From Acidimicrobiia bacterium (GTDB lineage Bacteria > Actinomycetota > Acidimicrobiia > Acidimicrobiales > JANYDT01): a stretch of 64,000 nt of DNA. Every line of letters starts with the position of its first letter. Position 1 is the first letter of the stretch. Shown here one piece after another: positions 9,836 through 18,849 of this stretch. The DNA lies in the NCBI GenBank assembly GCA_043720395.1, contig JAYSSR010000073.1, positions 5,217-69,216 on the forward strand. Reading direction: 5' to 3'. A model generated the notes under the pieces. The model worked only from the letters and a program-made list of their open reading frames with translations, did no database searches and was not told the DNA's origin. The translations under genes were made by a program, and so were the position numbers.

Positions 9836-11623
9836 TCAGTCTGCCCGGTCGACGGCGGTTGTCGGGTCACCCGGTTGAGCGGCGTCGCCCGACGCGTCGA
9901 GCTCGTCCATTCGTTCCGGAGCGCTCACACCGAGCAGGCCGAGGCCGATGGCGAGGCCGATCCGACATGACTCGACCATCCACAGCCGGGCTTGGCGCAG
10001 CGGCTCGGGCACATCGGAGCGCAGGATCGGACAGTCGTGGTACATCCCCTGGAACTCGGCCGCCAGCTCGCGCACCCAGGTCGTGACCTTGTGCGGAGCG
10101 CGGTCAATCGCCGCCAGCCCCACAACTTCCGGAAGGTCCCCGAGCAGACGCGCCACCGCCAGTTCGCGCGGGTGCGTCAGCAGCGCGAGGTCCGCTTCGT
10201 CGCGCGGCACCCGGGTCACACCGAGTTCCGCAGCTCGGCGTCCGATGCCGTGGATGCGGGCGTGCGCGTAGTGGACGTAGTGGACGGGATTGTCCATCGA
10301 CTTCGCGACGACAACATCGAGGTCGACGGTCTGGCGCGTGTCAATCGACTGGAGGAGGAACGTCAGCTTGGCGGCGTCGGCACCGACCTCGTCGATGATC
10401 TCCGCCAGCTCGACGATGTCACCCGTGCGCTTCGAGAGCTTCACGGTCTCGCCGCTGCGCATCAGCACACAGTTCTGCCCGATGATGATTTCGAGATCGT
10501 CGGGTTCATGTCCGAGCGCCATCACCGCGGCCTTCATGCGCCCGGCGTAGCCGTGGTGATCGGCACCGAGGATGTTGATGAGCAGTGACCCGCGGGCGAA
10601 CTTGTCGCGATGGAACGCGATGTCTGGCATGAAATATGTGTACGTACCATCGCCTTTGACGAGAACGCGGTCGGCGTCGTCGTAAGGCTTGTTGCGTTTC
10701 GGATCGACGAACGACGTTGTGCGTAGCCACGTAGCCACGCCCGCCGCGTCGTCCTCGTCGTGCGCTCCTTTCACCGTCGCCGGGTCGCGGTCGCTCACGT
10801 TCTCCGACGTTGCAGAGCGATAGGTGTGCCCACTCGCTTCGAGTTCGCAAAGGGTCGTCTCGACGGCACCGCTCCCCGCAATGACCCGTTCGCTTGAGAA
10901 CGTGTCGAACTCCACGTCCATGCGACGCATGGTGTCCTGTTGGTACTTCAGCGCCTTCGCGTATCCCCACTCGAGCGCAGCGACGTTGTCGAGACCCTCC
11001 GGCATTTCTCCTGCCCAGTTGACGATGTACTGCCCCGCGTAGCCCCCCTCCGGAACCTCGGTGCCGTTCTGCCGTGCAAGGAGCGAGGCCGCGAACTTCT
11101 CCATCTGCACGCCGCGGTCGTTGATGTAGAACTCGCGCCGCACGACGTATCCGGCCCGCGTGAGCACCCGCGAGAGAGCGTCACCATACGCAGCCCAGCG
11201 CGCGTGACCTGCATGGAGCGGACCGGTGGGGTTTGCGCTGACGTATTCGACGTTGACCGTCCGACCATTCCCGACATCGGCCCGCGTTGCGTATCGCTCG
11301 ACCCCCTCGTAGAGCACCGTCGCGATTACGTCGTGGAGCCACGAGTCGGCGAGGCGGAAGTTGAGGAACCCCGGCCCGGCGATTTCGACTGCCGTAACGT
11401 GCTTGATGGAAGCGGCCTGAAGTGCGACTTGTAGGCAAGCGGCGAGTTCGCGTGGATTGCGGCCCGCTGCTTTCGCAGTGACCAGTGAGACGTTGCTGGA
11501 CCAGTCACCGTGCTCGGGCCGCGCCGGACGCTCCAGGCTGATGGTCGCGGGTGGCACCACGTCAAGACCGACGAGGGCCGCCCGAACAGCGTCGATGAGC
11601 AAGGTACGAATGGCCGTCGACAT
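9836..11623 (-). CDS. argS: Arginine--tRNA ligase
   Basis: 595 aa with class I motifs (SANPTGPLHAGHAR HIGH-like) and an anticodon-binding C-terminus ending ...GVSAPERM. Confidence 0.95.
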   Translation of the reverse strand: MSTAIRTLLIDAVRAALVGLDVVPPATISLERPARPEHGDWSSNVSLVTAKAAGRNPRELAACLQVALQAASIKHVTAVEIAGPGFLNFRLADSWLHDVIATVLYEGVERYATRADVGNGRTVNVEYVSANPTGPLHAGHARWAAYGDALSRVLTRAGYVVRREFYINDRGVQMEKFAASLLARQNGTEVPEGGYAGQYIVNWAGEMPEGLDNVAALEWGYAKALKYQQDTMRRMDVEFDTFSSERVIAGSGAVETTLCELEASGHTYRSATSENVSDRDPATVKGAHDEDDAAGVATWLRTTSFVDPKRNKPYDDADRVLVKGDGTYTYFMPDIAFHRDKFARGSLLINILGADHHGYAGRMKAAVMALGHEPDDLEIIIGQNCVLMRSGETVKLSKRTGDIVELAEIIDEVGADAAKLTFLLQSIDTRQTVDLDVVVAKSMDNPVHYVHYAHARIHGIGRRAAELGVTRVPRDEADLALLTHPRELAVARLLGDLPEVVGLAAIDRAPHKVTTWVRELAAEFQGMYHDCPILRSDVPEPLRQARLWMVESCRIGLAIGLGLLGVSAPERMDELDASGDAAQPGDPTTAVDRAD

Positions 11624-11719
11624 GGTCCGAACACGTTAGTGACGCAGCGGACCCGTCCGGGGTGAAGATTCGCGGGACCGACGCCAAGCCGCGCCCGCTA
11701 CGCTGGCCGAGCTGTTCCC

Positions 11720-11791
11720 GCCCTCGTAGCTCAGGGGATAGAGCGTCGCCCTCCGGAGGCGAAGGCGCAGGTTCGATTCCTGCCGAGGGCA
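11720..11791 (+). tRNA. tRNA-Arg (anticodon CCG), 72 nt, CCA not encoded
   Basis: Hand-folded cloverleaf: acceptor GCCCTCG/CGAGGGC, D stem GCTC/GAGC, anticodon stem TCGCC/GGCGA with loop CT-CCG-GA, T arm GCAGG-TTCGATT-CCTGC, discriminator A. Confidence 0.9.
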
Positions 11792-11919
11792 CATTTGCGC
11801 GCGAGAAATCCACACCGCGGACAAGAATCACCCTCCTCAGGTGTGCATTCGACGCACTCGTGTGCATTTCGCTCAGCCGTGATCTCCGACCGTCCTGTGG
11901 ACGAAGCCTGCCCAAGGCG

Positions 11920-12780
11920 TCAGCGGCGGTTGGCGGCGAGGAAGGCGTCAAGCTCGGCGAGGTACGTTGCCTTGGTCGGGCCGGTGTGGATGTTGTGGGC
12001 TGCGCCGGGCACGAACACGATGTTGGCGTGCGGGTTCGCGGCGAGCACTCGCGGAGCGTGGTCCGGCTTGAATACCGCGTTCATGGCCGGGTCGGCGCGC
12101 AGGATCGTGATCGGGCACGACACCGCTGCCTCGGGATCGAAGCCACGCCACACAATTCCGTCGACGGCCGCCTGCATGGTTGATGGGTCCCACCGGGTGA
12201 GTGCTTCAGCTCGTTCCGCAAGATCTTCGCTTGCCACGATCGCTGCGACAAGCGACTCGTACTCGCCAGCCGGTGCCGAGCGGGCCTGCAGCTCTCGCAC
12301 AGCGGCAACCAACTTCGGGAAGAACGTGGCCACGGGACTTGCGTTGCGAACTTCGTCGTCGCCTTCGAAGTAGGGCGGATCTTCCAGCAACAATGCACGA
12401 ACGAGGTCAGGCCGCAACGCGGCGACCGCTCCGGCGACCACTCCCCCGAGCGAGTGACCGACCACGACTACGGACAGGCCGACTCGGGCCTCGATGAGCG
12501 CGACAACGTCGGCGGCGAAGCTCGGCGCGTTGTACTCGTCGAGCGACACGTGGCCGGAGTCGCCGTGCCCGAGCAGATCCACGTTGAGCACCTCGAGTTC
12601 GCCCGCGGCGACCGGCCCGGCCACGAGGTGCTCCACAACCGCCCCGTAGCTCGATCGATCCGACGACAGACCGTGCAGCAGCACAACAACATTCGTGCGC
12701 GCGTCGCCGTATCGATCGAAGGCGACGGTCCGTCCGTTGGCAAGTTCAAGAATCACGTCGGAGAAGGTACCGCTGCACAA
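11920..12780 (-). CDS. Alpha/beta-fold hydrolase
   Basis: VVLLHGLSSDRSSY plus the nucleophile elbow VVGHSLGG and a C-terminal GAAHN histidine motif. Confidence 0.8.
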   Translation of the reverse strand: MCSGTFSDVILELANGRTVAFDRYGDARTNVVVLLHGLSSDRSSYGAVVEHLVAGPVAAGELEVLNVDLLGHGDSGHVSLDEYNAPSFAADVVALIEARVGLSVVVVGHSLGGVVAGAVAALRPDLVRALLLEDPPYFEGDDEVRNASPVATFFPKLVAAVRELQARSAPAGEYESLVAAIVASEDLAERAEALTRWDPSTMQAAVDGIVWRGFDPEAAVSCPITILRADPAMNAVFKPDHAPRVLAANPHANIVFVPGAAHNIHTGPTKATYLAELDAFLAANRR

Positions 12781-12804
12781 CCAAGGCCGCTCGGCGAGAC
12801 CGCT

Positions 12805-12837
12805 ATTTGAGCCTCATTTGAGCCTCATTTGAGCCTC
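12805..12837. repeat. 11-bp unit atttgagcctc repeated three times at the stop codon of the downstream lipoprotein gene
   Basis: Read directly. On the minus strand the TGA stop is formed at the junction of two units (..CTCAAAT|GAGG..). Confidence 0.9.
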
Positions 12838-13490
12838 GCCACGGCTTGCATCTGGATTCGCTGACCGGGCTTTGGTGCCCACGAGATCGCCTTCCCGCGG
12901 ACCTTCGCGTCCTTGTCACGCGCCGTGACGACACCCGGGAACGTGATCTTGATGTTCACCCGGGTCGCCTTTTGCAACGATGCAACGTCGGCTCCGTTGA
13001 CACCGGGGATTGCGGCGATGGCACCGGCCGTGAGATCGATCGTGCCGAAGAACCGCCAGTTTTTCGAGGTCCGGTCAAGAACGAAATCTTGTGCGGTCTT
13101 CGCTCCGAGCGCTCCGCTGCCCTGTGCTGCCGTGGCGACCATCGCGCCGAACTTCTCGTAGGGCACGCCGCTGAAGGTGATTCGCTCGCCGACGTACCCG
13201 TCCACGTCGTACACGTCGATCGAGAGTCCTTTCGGCAGCTCTTTCGTGGCACCGCGCACGTCGGCGATCACGTCGCTGCGGCTCTGTCCAACGGCCTGCA
13301 GCAGCGCTGTCGAAAACGCGATGATGACGACGCCGCTCACGCGTCCGTCGCGATCAATGCGGGCGTCGACTTCTGCACGGACACAGCCGCTGAGGGCGAC
13401 CACGAAGAGGGCAAACGCAACGAGAACCGACGTTGCCCGGACGCGGCCAGCACGCGCAGCTCCGGTGCCGGACAGTGATTGCTGGCTCAT
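12825..13490 (-). CDS. Lipoprotein, LppM/DUF3153-like (tentative), paralogue 1
   Basis: Signal peptide with lipobox LSGC. Clear paralogy to 13601-14236 (ELPKGLSIDVYDVDGYVGERITF / NWRFFGTIDLT / VNIKITFPG). Confidence 0.7.
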   Translation of the reverse strand: MSQQSLSGTGAARAGRVRATSVLVAFALFVVALSGCVRAEVDARIDRDGRVSGVVIIAFSTALLQAVGQSRSDVIADVRGATKELPKGLSIDVYDVDGYVGERITFSGVPYEKFGAMVATAAQGSGALGAKTAQDFVLDRTSKNWRFFGTIDLTAGAIAAIPGVNGADVASLQKATRVNIKITFPGVVTARDKDAKVRGKAISWAPKPGQRIQMQAVARLK

Positions 13491-13600
13491 CGCACTAACC
13501 GTACCGCCCGCGCACGGTGATATCCGACGGAACGCCGCTCACCTACAGGGAGCGGGCCGAGGAAGGGACCGGCCCAAGACGACCCGAGCCGATCAGCGGG

Positions 13601-14236
13601 TCACGACGGCTTGGCGATTGCAAGCATCACGTACTTCTTGCCGGCCTTCGGCTCCCAGGTGATCGATTTCCCGCTCACCTTGCCGTCTTTGTCGTGCTTC
13701 AGAATCTTCCCGGGGAAATCCATCTTGATCTTGACCTTCATGCCCTTCATCAGAGTCGAAAGGTCGCCGTTCTTCGATCCATCCTTCGCCTTGGTGTCGG
13801 TCGGGAGTCCGAGATTTCCGGTCATGTCCATCGTGCCGCTGAACTTCCAGTTTCCACCCTCCTTCACGAGTGTGAGGCTGTCGTCGCCAGCTGCCGGGTT
13901 GGTGGCGTTCGCGGAACTGGTCACCTTCGCAAAATCGGCGGCGGCCATACCCTTGAACGTGATCTTCTGGCCGATGAACCCGTCCTTGTCGTAGATCTCG
14001 GCCTTGGCACCCTTCGGGAGATCGCGCCAGTCCTTCTTGATTGACGCGATCATTTCCTTCTTCGACTGGCCACTCAGCTCGAGCAGCTTCGATGAGAATC
14101 CGAGGATGACGGCACCGTCGAGTTTCGCGTCCTTCGTGACCTTCATATCCATATCAATTTTTAAGCACCCGGTGAGGGTAACCACCAATGCCAAGACGCC
14201 AGCCACTGCAGTTCCAAGGGTTCGTATCCGTCGCAT
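13601..14236 (-). CDS. Lipoprotein, LppM/DUF3153-like (tentative), lysine-rich paralogue 2
   Basis: Lipobox LTGC. Shares DLPKGAKAEIYDKDGFIGQKITF / NWKFSGTMDMT / VKIKMDFPG with paralogue 1. Confidence 0.7.
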   Translation of the reverse strand: MRRIRTLGTAVAGVLALVVTLTGCLKIDMDMKVTKDAKLDGAVILGFSSKLLELSGQSKKEMIASIKKDWRDLPKGAKAEIYDKDGFIGQKITFKGMAAADFAKVTSSANATNPAAGDDSLTLVKEGGNWKFSGTMDMTGNLGLPTDTKAKDGSKNGDLSTLMKGMKVKIKMDFPGKILKHDKDGKVSGKSITWEPKAGKKYVMLAIAKPS

Positions 14237-14338
14237 AGGCGGTACGGTACCTGGCTTGCGCCGTAAGCGGTACCCCCAAACAGATCATTTCTGTCGAAAT
14301 ACCGAGAGAATCACCCAGAACAGAAGGATCAATTTCCC

Positions 14339-15685
14339 ATGACTGACACGACGCCCCCCGACAACGTCCTGCGCGTGCAGACGTGGCGCGAGATGGACAC
14401 CGCGGCCCGTCAGCAGATTCTCGGACGCGGCATCGGAACGATCTTCAGCGCGCAGTTGAAGGAGTCGATCGGGCGGATCATCGATGACGTCCGAGTCAAT
14501 GGTGACGATGCGCTCTGCCGAGCCCTTCGAGACTTCGACCGGATCGACGTACCTGCCGACCGGCTACGGGTGAGCCAGCAAGAATTCGCCGCGGCGCGAG
14601 CGAAGGTTCCGGCCAGTCTGGTCGACGCCATTCGCGACATGATCGACCATATCCGCCGCTTCAACGAACAGGTGATGGAGCGCAAGGCACAGGACTGGTG
14701 GTTCGAAAGCGAGCCCGGCCTCTTCGTCGGTGAAAAGCACACGGCCATTCATTCCGCAGCACTGTTCTGCCCGAGCGGCAAGGCGAGCTATCCGAGCGTC
14801 CTCGCCCAGATCGGTACACCTGCGGTCGTCGCGGGCGTTGGACGTCGAATCGTGATCACGCCGCCCGTCCCCGGCTCGTCGACCGGTGAAATCGACGCAG
14901 CGACGTTGGTCGTAGCCGACGAACTCGGCCTCCACGACGTATTCCGGGTGAACGGTCCAGCGGGCATCGCTGCGGCCGCCTTCGGAACCGCGACGATCCC
15001 GAAAGTCGTGAAGGTCGTCGGACCCGGCTCGCCCGCCGTCACGTGCGCGCAGGTCGAGGTGCAGCGCTACGGCTGTTCCACGATGATGCTGCTCGGCCCC
15101 TCCGAGTCGCTCATCCTCGCCGACGAGACGGCCGATCCCGTACGCCTCGCTGCGGACCTGCTCAACGAGGCCGAGCACGGAACGGACTCGACATCGCTCC
15201 TCATTACGGACTCGCTCGCGCTCATTGACGCGGTGGAGCGGGAGCTGCAACGTCAGATCGTGCTGCTGCCGGAGGCGCGTCGCGTCGCCGCAGCGTCGTC
15301 GCTCGGTGCGATGGGGGGTGCAATCATCGTGACCTCGATCAAGGAGGGTGCCGATGTCGCGAATGCGTTCGGCCCCGAACACATGCAGATCGTGACCGCT
15401 GACCCGCATGGCGTATTGGATTTGATCCACACGGCCGGCGAGGTGCTTCTCGGACAGGACACGGCGATCTCGGCCGCGAACTTCGTGATTGGCTGCCCCG
15501 CGTCATTGCCCACAAGTGGATTCGCCAGCGTGGCCAGCGGAATTACCGCGGAGACGTTTCTCAAGCGAACCGCGGTCGCACACGCTGACGCTGTCGCGAT
15601 GCGTCGCATGGCACCGTCGGTCATCGCTCTCGCCGACCATGAGGGCTTCCCGGCCCACGCGAATGCAATCCGGATACGGTTGTAA
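14339..15685 (+). CDS. hisD: Histidinol dehydrogenase family protein (may be a paralogue; not in a his operon here)
   Basis: FCPSGKASYPS, NEAEHGTDS and GPEHMQIV motifs are typical of HisD. 448 aa. Confidence 0.75.
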   Translation: MTDTTPPDNVLRVQTWREMDTAARQQILGRGIGTIFSAQLKESIGRIIDDVRVNGDDALCRALRDFDRIDVPADRLRVSQQEFAAARAKVPASLVDAIRDMIDHIRRFNEQVMERKAQDWWFESEPGLFVGEKHTAIHSAALFCPSGKASYPSVLAQIGTPAVVAGVGRRIVITPPVPGSSTGEIDAATLVVADELGLHDVFRVNGPAGIAAAAFGTATIPKVVKVVGPGSPAVTCAQVEVQRYGCSTMMLLGPSESLILADETADPVRLAADLLNEAEHGTDSTSLLITDSLALIDAVERELQRQIVLLPEARRVAAASSLGAMGGAIIVTSIKEGADVANAFGPEHMQIVTADPHGVLDLIHTAGEVLLGQDTAISAANFVIGCPASLPTSGFASVASGITAETFLKRTAVAHADAVAMRRMAPSVIALADHEGFPAHANAIRIRL

Positions 15686-15691
15686 CCGCGC

Positions 15692-16402
15692 ATGCGACTG
15701 GACCGGCTCCTCGCAAACTTGGGCTACGGATCTCGACGCGACGTGAAGGGTCTCATCCACTCGGGACGGGTACGAGTCGCGGACGACATTGTCCGAACCG
15801 GAGCCACCCAAGCTCGGGTCGCGACGCAGGTCACGGTCGACGGCGAGACTCTCGACCATCCCGACGGTCTCGTGGTCGCATTGAATAAGCCGCTCGGGTA
15901 CGTGTGCTCCCACGATGACGGTGAAGGTAAGCGTGCGTACGACTTGCTCCCGCCAAGATGGCTCGACAGAAACCCGCGCCTCGAGTCAATCGGTCGACTC
16001 GACCGCGACACGACAGGACTCATCCTGCTGACCGACGACCACCAGCTCGTACATCGGCTCACGTCACCGAAGCACCATGTCGCAAAGCGGTATGTGGTGG
16101 CCCTTGACCGCGAACCCGACGATGACGTCGGAACGCGCTTCGCTCAGGGCGAGTTGCTGCTTGAGGGCGATGCGACCCCGTGTCGCCCGGTCGTCGCATT
16201 CGAGCGCCTCGCCGCGTGCGACGTGGCGCTGACTATCACCGAAGGGCGCTATCACCAGGTCCGACGCATGTTCACCGCAGTCGGATATCACGTCGAAAGG
16301 CTCCATCGCACCGACGTCGGACCAGTGGCGCTCGGTGATCTCGCGGAGGGTTCACACCGCGTGCTAGCGACGTCTGAGGTTGAACAACTGATGGCACGGT
16401 GA
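15692..16402 (+). CDS. Pseudouridine synthase, RsuA/RluB family, with S4 domain
   Basis: MRLDRLLANLGYGSRRDVKGLI (S4) and the GRLDRDTTGLILLTDD catalytic Asp motif. Confidence 0.85.
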   Translation: MRLDRLLANLGYGSRRDVKGLIHSGRVRVADDIVRTGATQARVATQVTVDGETLDHPDGLVVALNKPLGYVCSHDDGEGKRAYDLLPPRWLDRNPRLESIGRLDRDTTGLILLTDDHQLVHRLTSPKHHVAKRYVVALDREPDDDVGTRFAQGELLLEGDATPCRPVVAFERLAACDVALTITEGRYHQVRRMFTAVGYHVERLHRTDVGPVALGDLAEGSHRVLATSEVEQLMAR

Positions 16403-16423
16403 CCACGCGGCCCGCGAAGTGCC

Positions 16424-17293
16424 TCAGCCAGTTGAACTCGTCGAACCCGTTCCGGTCAGCGCGGCCATCACGTCCGGGATGTCGACCGCCGCGACAACTG
16501 CTGACTGCTCGGGCAATACGATCGTGCGCATGCGCTTTGCCGTGAACACGACCTCGACCGGTGCGGCAAAACCCCGGAACACCGCTTCGATGCGTCCAAG
16601 CGATCCCGACGGATCGAGCCAATACGTCGTGGAACCGTAGCGATACTTCTCATACTGAACGCCGTTGAATTCCGATATGCCAGCGAACGCAACGTCGGTT
16701 CGTTGACGCAACAAGATCGGGTTTTCGGCGCGGGTGTTCGACATCGAATTGATCAGCACGATCACGCGGTCGAGCGGGGCGGTCTTTGGATCGAGCGGCC
16801 GCACAATATGAGTGACCCCGATACGGCCTTTGGCGGCCATAGCTGCGGTCAGTCCTGCAACCGGCTGGAAGAGCTGACCACGCGACCAGAAGAGCGTCTG
16901 GTCGGGCTGCCCCTTGCCATCGCTGCGCTGGACATGGAGCGACGCAGAGGCATCCCAACGCGTCCAGTCGATCTCGCCAGTAAGGACAAAGGTGGCTGCG
17001 GGCCCATACGGAATCGTTGCGACGAAGGCCGATCCTCCGTCTTGATGGTCCTTCACGAGGACGCGAGAAAACCGGCCAGCCTGCGCTGTGGTGAGCCGCT
17101 TCTCTCCCGGAGCGAGGGTGTCGGACGACGCCGGACCGGTCGGGAACGGTTGCGACGTCGCCGTCGCCGTCGCGCCCGTGTCGGTCGGCGTCACCACCGT
17201 CTCGACGGTGGATGGCTTCGAGCACGAGGAGAGAAGCGATGCACACACCAGCACCGCTGCGGCGATTCGGGCGATGCGAAATGGGGTAGGCAC
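16424..17293 (-). CDS. Lipoprotein of unknown function
   Basis: In-frame GTG at 17293 gives VPTPFRIARIAAAVLVCASLLSSC (lipobox). It lies 1 nt after the upstream TGA (TGAcGTG), which suggests coupling. The track's longer N-terminus overlaps the upstream gene and is rejected. Confidence 0.6.
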   Translation of the reverse strand: MPTPFRIARIAAAVLVCASLLSSCSKPSTVETVVTPTDTGATATATSQPFPTGPASSDTLAPGEKRLTTAQAGRFSRVLVKDHQDGGSAFVATIPYGPAATFVLTGEIDWTRWDASASLHVQRSDGKGQPDQTLFWSRGQLFQPVAGLTAAMAAKGRIGVTHIVRPLDPKTAPLDRVIVLINSMSNTRAENPILLRQRTDVAFAGISEFNGVQYEKYRYGSTTYWLDPSGSLGRIEAVFRGFAAPVEVVFTAKRMRTIVLPEQSAVVAAVDIPDVMAALTGTGSTSSTG

Positions 17294-17294
17294 G

Positions 17295-18710
17295 TCAGGC
17301 AGCCTTCGGAACAGAGATGTTCGCAAGATCGACGCTCGGCATACCACTCTGAACGGGTGACGGCGGAGCGGTCGCAGCATTCGGCATCGTCGGCTGCGGA
17401 CCTGGGAGCGCGACCAAGCGATAGTCGACGTCGGGCGGTGCCGCAAGTGGTGCGTACGCGCCCGCTGCAACGGTCCCTTCAACACGGGAAACACAGGGCA
17501 GGAGTCGTTCGATGAACCCCGGGACAGAGGTCGTGAAGTGGTTCTCGGCAAAACAGTTCTTCCGAGTCGCAAGCGTTGCGCGTCCCCCGGATTCGACGGC
17601 CACGAGGTCACGACCGTTTCCGTCGAGGACGTTGCCGCGTACCTCGTTGCCCTCCGGCTCGAACCCGTTGAGGTCGGTGACGATTACTCCGGCGCTGACG
17701 TTGCCCACGACGCGGTTGCGCAGCACGCGATTTCGGGTCCCGCCCGCGACCGCGATCCCGACGCCGAACGCACCTTGGGCCGAGGCCGGAGCACCGGCGC
17801 TGTTGTTCGAATCGACGAGGTTGCCGGCGATAACGACGTCAGATTGTGGAGCGAGCCGCTCCATATTCTGCGAATTTGGCGTCATCCCGATCCGGTTCCT
17901 TCGCCATATCGAGTTGACAACGAACAAATTGCCGCTCGCATTGGTCCCTTCGTAGCCGACAGCGTTCTGCTCCGCCACGATGTCCGTGAGCACCGAGTCG
18001 CAGGGTTTGCACTGACCGACATACACGCCAGAGTCCGGATGCCCGCTTGCATACACGTGCTCCATGCGACCCCCGCGTGCAAAGAACGCGTAAATACCAT
18101 ACTGACCGTTGTTCGACACGGTCAGATGCGACGCCCGGTAGCCATCCAAGATCGCGTGTTGTGTCGGGTCGTCGACGTCATCGTCGTAGGCCTTCGTGAA
18201 CAGGACGCCATTGAACGTGTACCGGCGCACCGTGAGGTTCTCGACTGCGACACCGTCTGCTGCCACGAGGACACCGTTCTCGAACTCATCGCCCCCATCG
18301 AGGATCACGGCGTTGCGATCGGTGCCGCGAAGCGTGATGCCCGGCGTCTTCACGACGACGGCCTCGTGGTAGGTCCCGGCCTCGACGAGCACAAGATCGC
18401 CCGGCACGGACTTGTCGACCGCTACCTGAATCGATGCGGCGTCCGCAGGAACACGGATCGTGGTAGGCGAGCGCAAAGGTGGCGTCGTCGCGCGTGCCGT
18501 GGTGGGCGCGGTCGACCTGGCGTTGAGCGCGTCCGCCGGTGCCGCAGGTGCCGATGAATCGTTCGGGGTCACTGGCGTGGCTTCAGACGGTCGTGACGGG
18601 TCGGTCTTGCCGCAGCCCGCCAACGCGAACGTCAGTCCGACGACGAGCGCGCCGATAGAGATCCGGGGTCTGCGCATCGCTCCAGCCAACATCACCCTGT
18701 TCGTCGGCAC
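17295..18710 (-). CDS. Right-handed parallel beta-helix (NosD/CASH-like) lipoprotein
   Basis: MRRPRISIGALVVGLTFALAGC lipobox, a Pro/Thr linker, then GDLVLVEAGTYHE...GITLRG...NAVILDG and repeated N-x-V/I-x-x-N beta-helix turns. Confidence 0.7.
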   Translation of the reverse strand: MPTNRVMLAGAMRRPRISIGALVVGLTFALAGCGKTDPSRPSEATPVTPNDSSAPAAPADALNARSTAPTTARATTPPLRSPTTIRVPADAASIQVAVDKSVPGDLVLVEAGTYHEAVVVKTPGITLRGTDRNAVILDGGDEFENGVLVAADGVAVENLTVRRYTFNGVLFTKAYDDDVDDPTQHAILDGYRASHLTVSNNGQYGIYAFFARGGRMEHVYASGHPDSGVYVGQCKPCDSVLTDIVAEQNAVGYEGTNASGNLFVVNSIWRRNRIGMTPNSQNMERLAPQSDVVIAGNLVDSNNSAGAPASAQGAFGVGIAVAGGTRNRVLRNRVVGNVSAGVIVTDLNGFEPEGNEVRGNVLDGNGRDLVAVESGGRATLATRKNCFAENHFTTSVPGFIERLLPCVSRVEGTVAAGAYAPLAAPPDVDYRLVALPGPQPTMPNAATAPPSPVQSGMPSVDLANISVPKAA

Positions 18711-18849
18711 GCGGATGGCCGAGCTTGATCACAACTGAACCGACGCGCGGTGCACCCGCGAAAGCGGCCCTGGCCGGGTTCAGAAAGAACCAGCAGCCAG
18801 AGCCGTCGTCACATGTCCGCCCGGAGGAGGCGGGTAGGCAGGTGGAGGA

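Noticed and set aside
11792-12780. tRNA-Arg as an integration site for a genomic island.
   Set aside because: There is no integrase, no repeat of the tRNA 3' end and no obvious compositional break downstream. The neighbouring genes are ordinary (a hydrolase and lipoproteins).
14237-14338. The GCGGTACG/GGTACC motifs in the lipoprotein/hisD-like intergenic region as relatives of the 60732-60809 palindrome units. Other GCGGTACG hits lie near 2941 and 48458.
   Set aside because: Only an 8-mer is shared. A handful of occurrences of an 8-mer in 128 kb of two-strand sequence is about chance expectation, and the flanks do not match the 14-15-mer repeat.
16424-17611. The 395-aa version of the lipoprotein ORF, and similar long N-terminal extensions for hom (8598), gatC (42678), UDG (27626), the GGDEF-EAL gene (37299), the acyl-CoA dehydrogenase (58832) and DUF3090 (27720).
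   Set aside because: The extensions overlap well-supported upstream genes and are compositionally aberrant. Internal in-frame starts give canonical N-termini (a lipobox, a Rossmann motif and so on).
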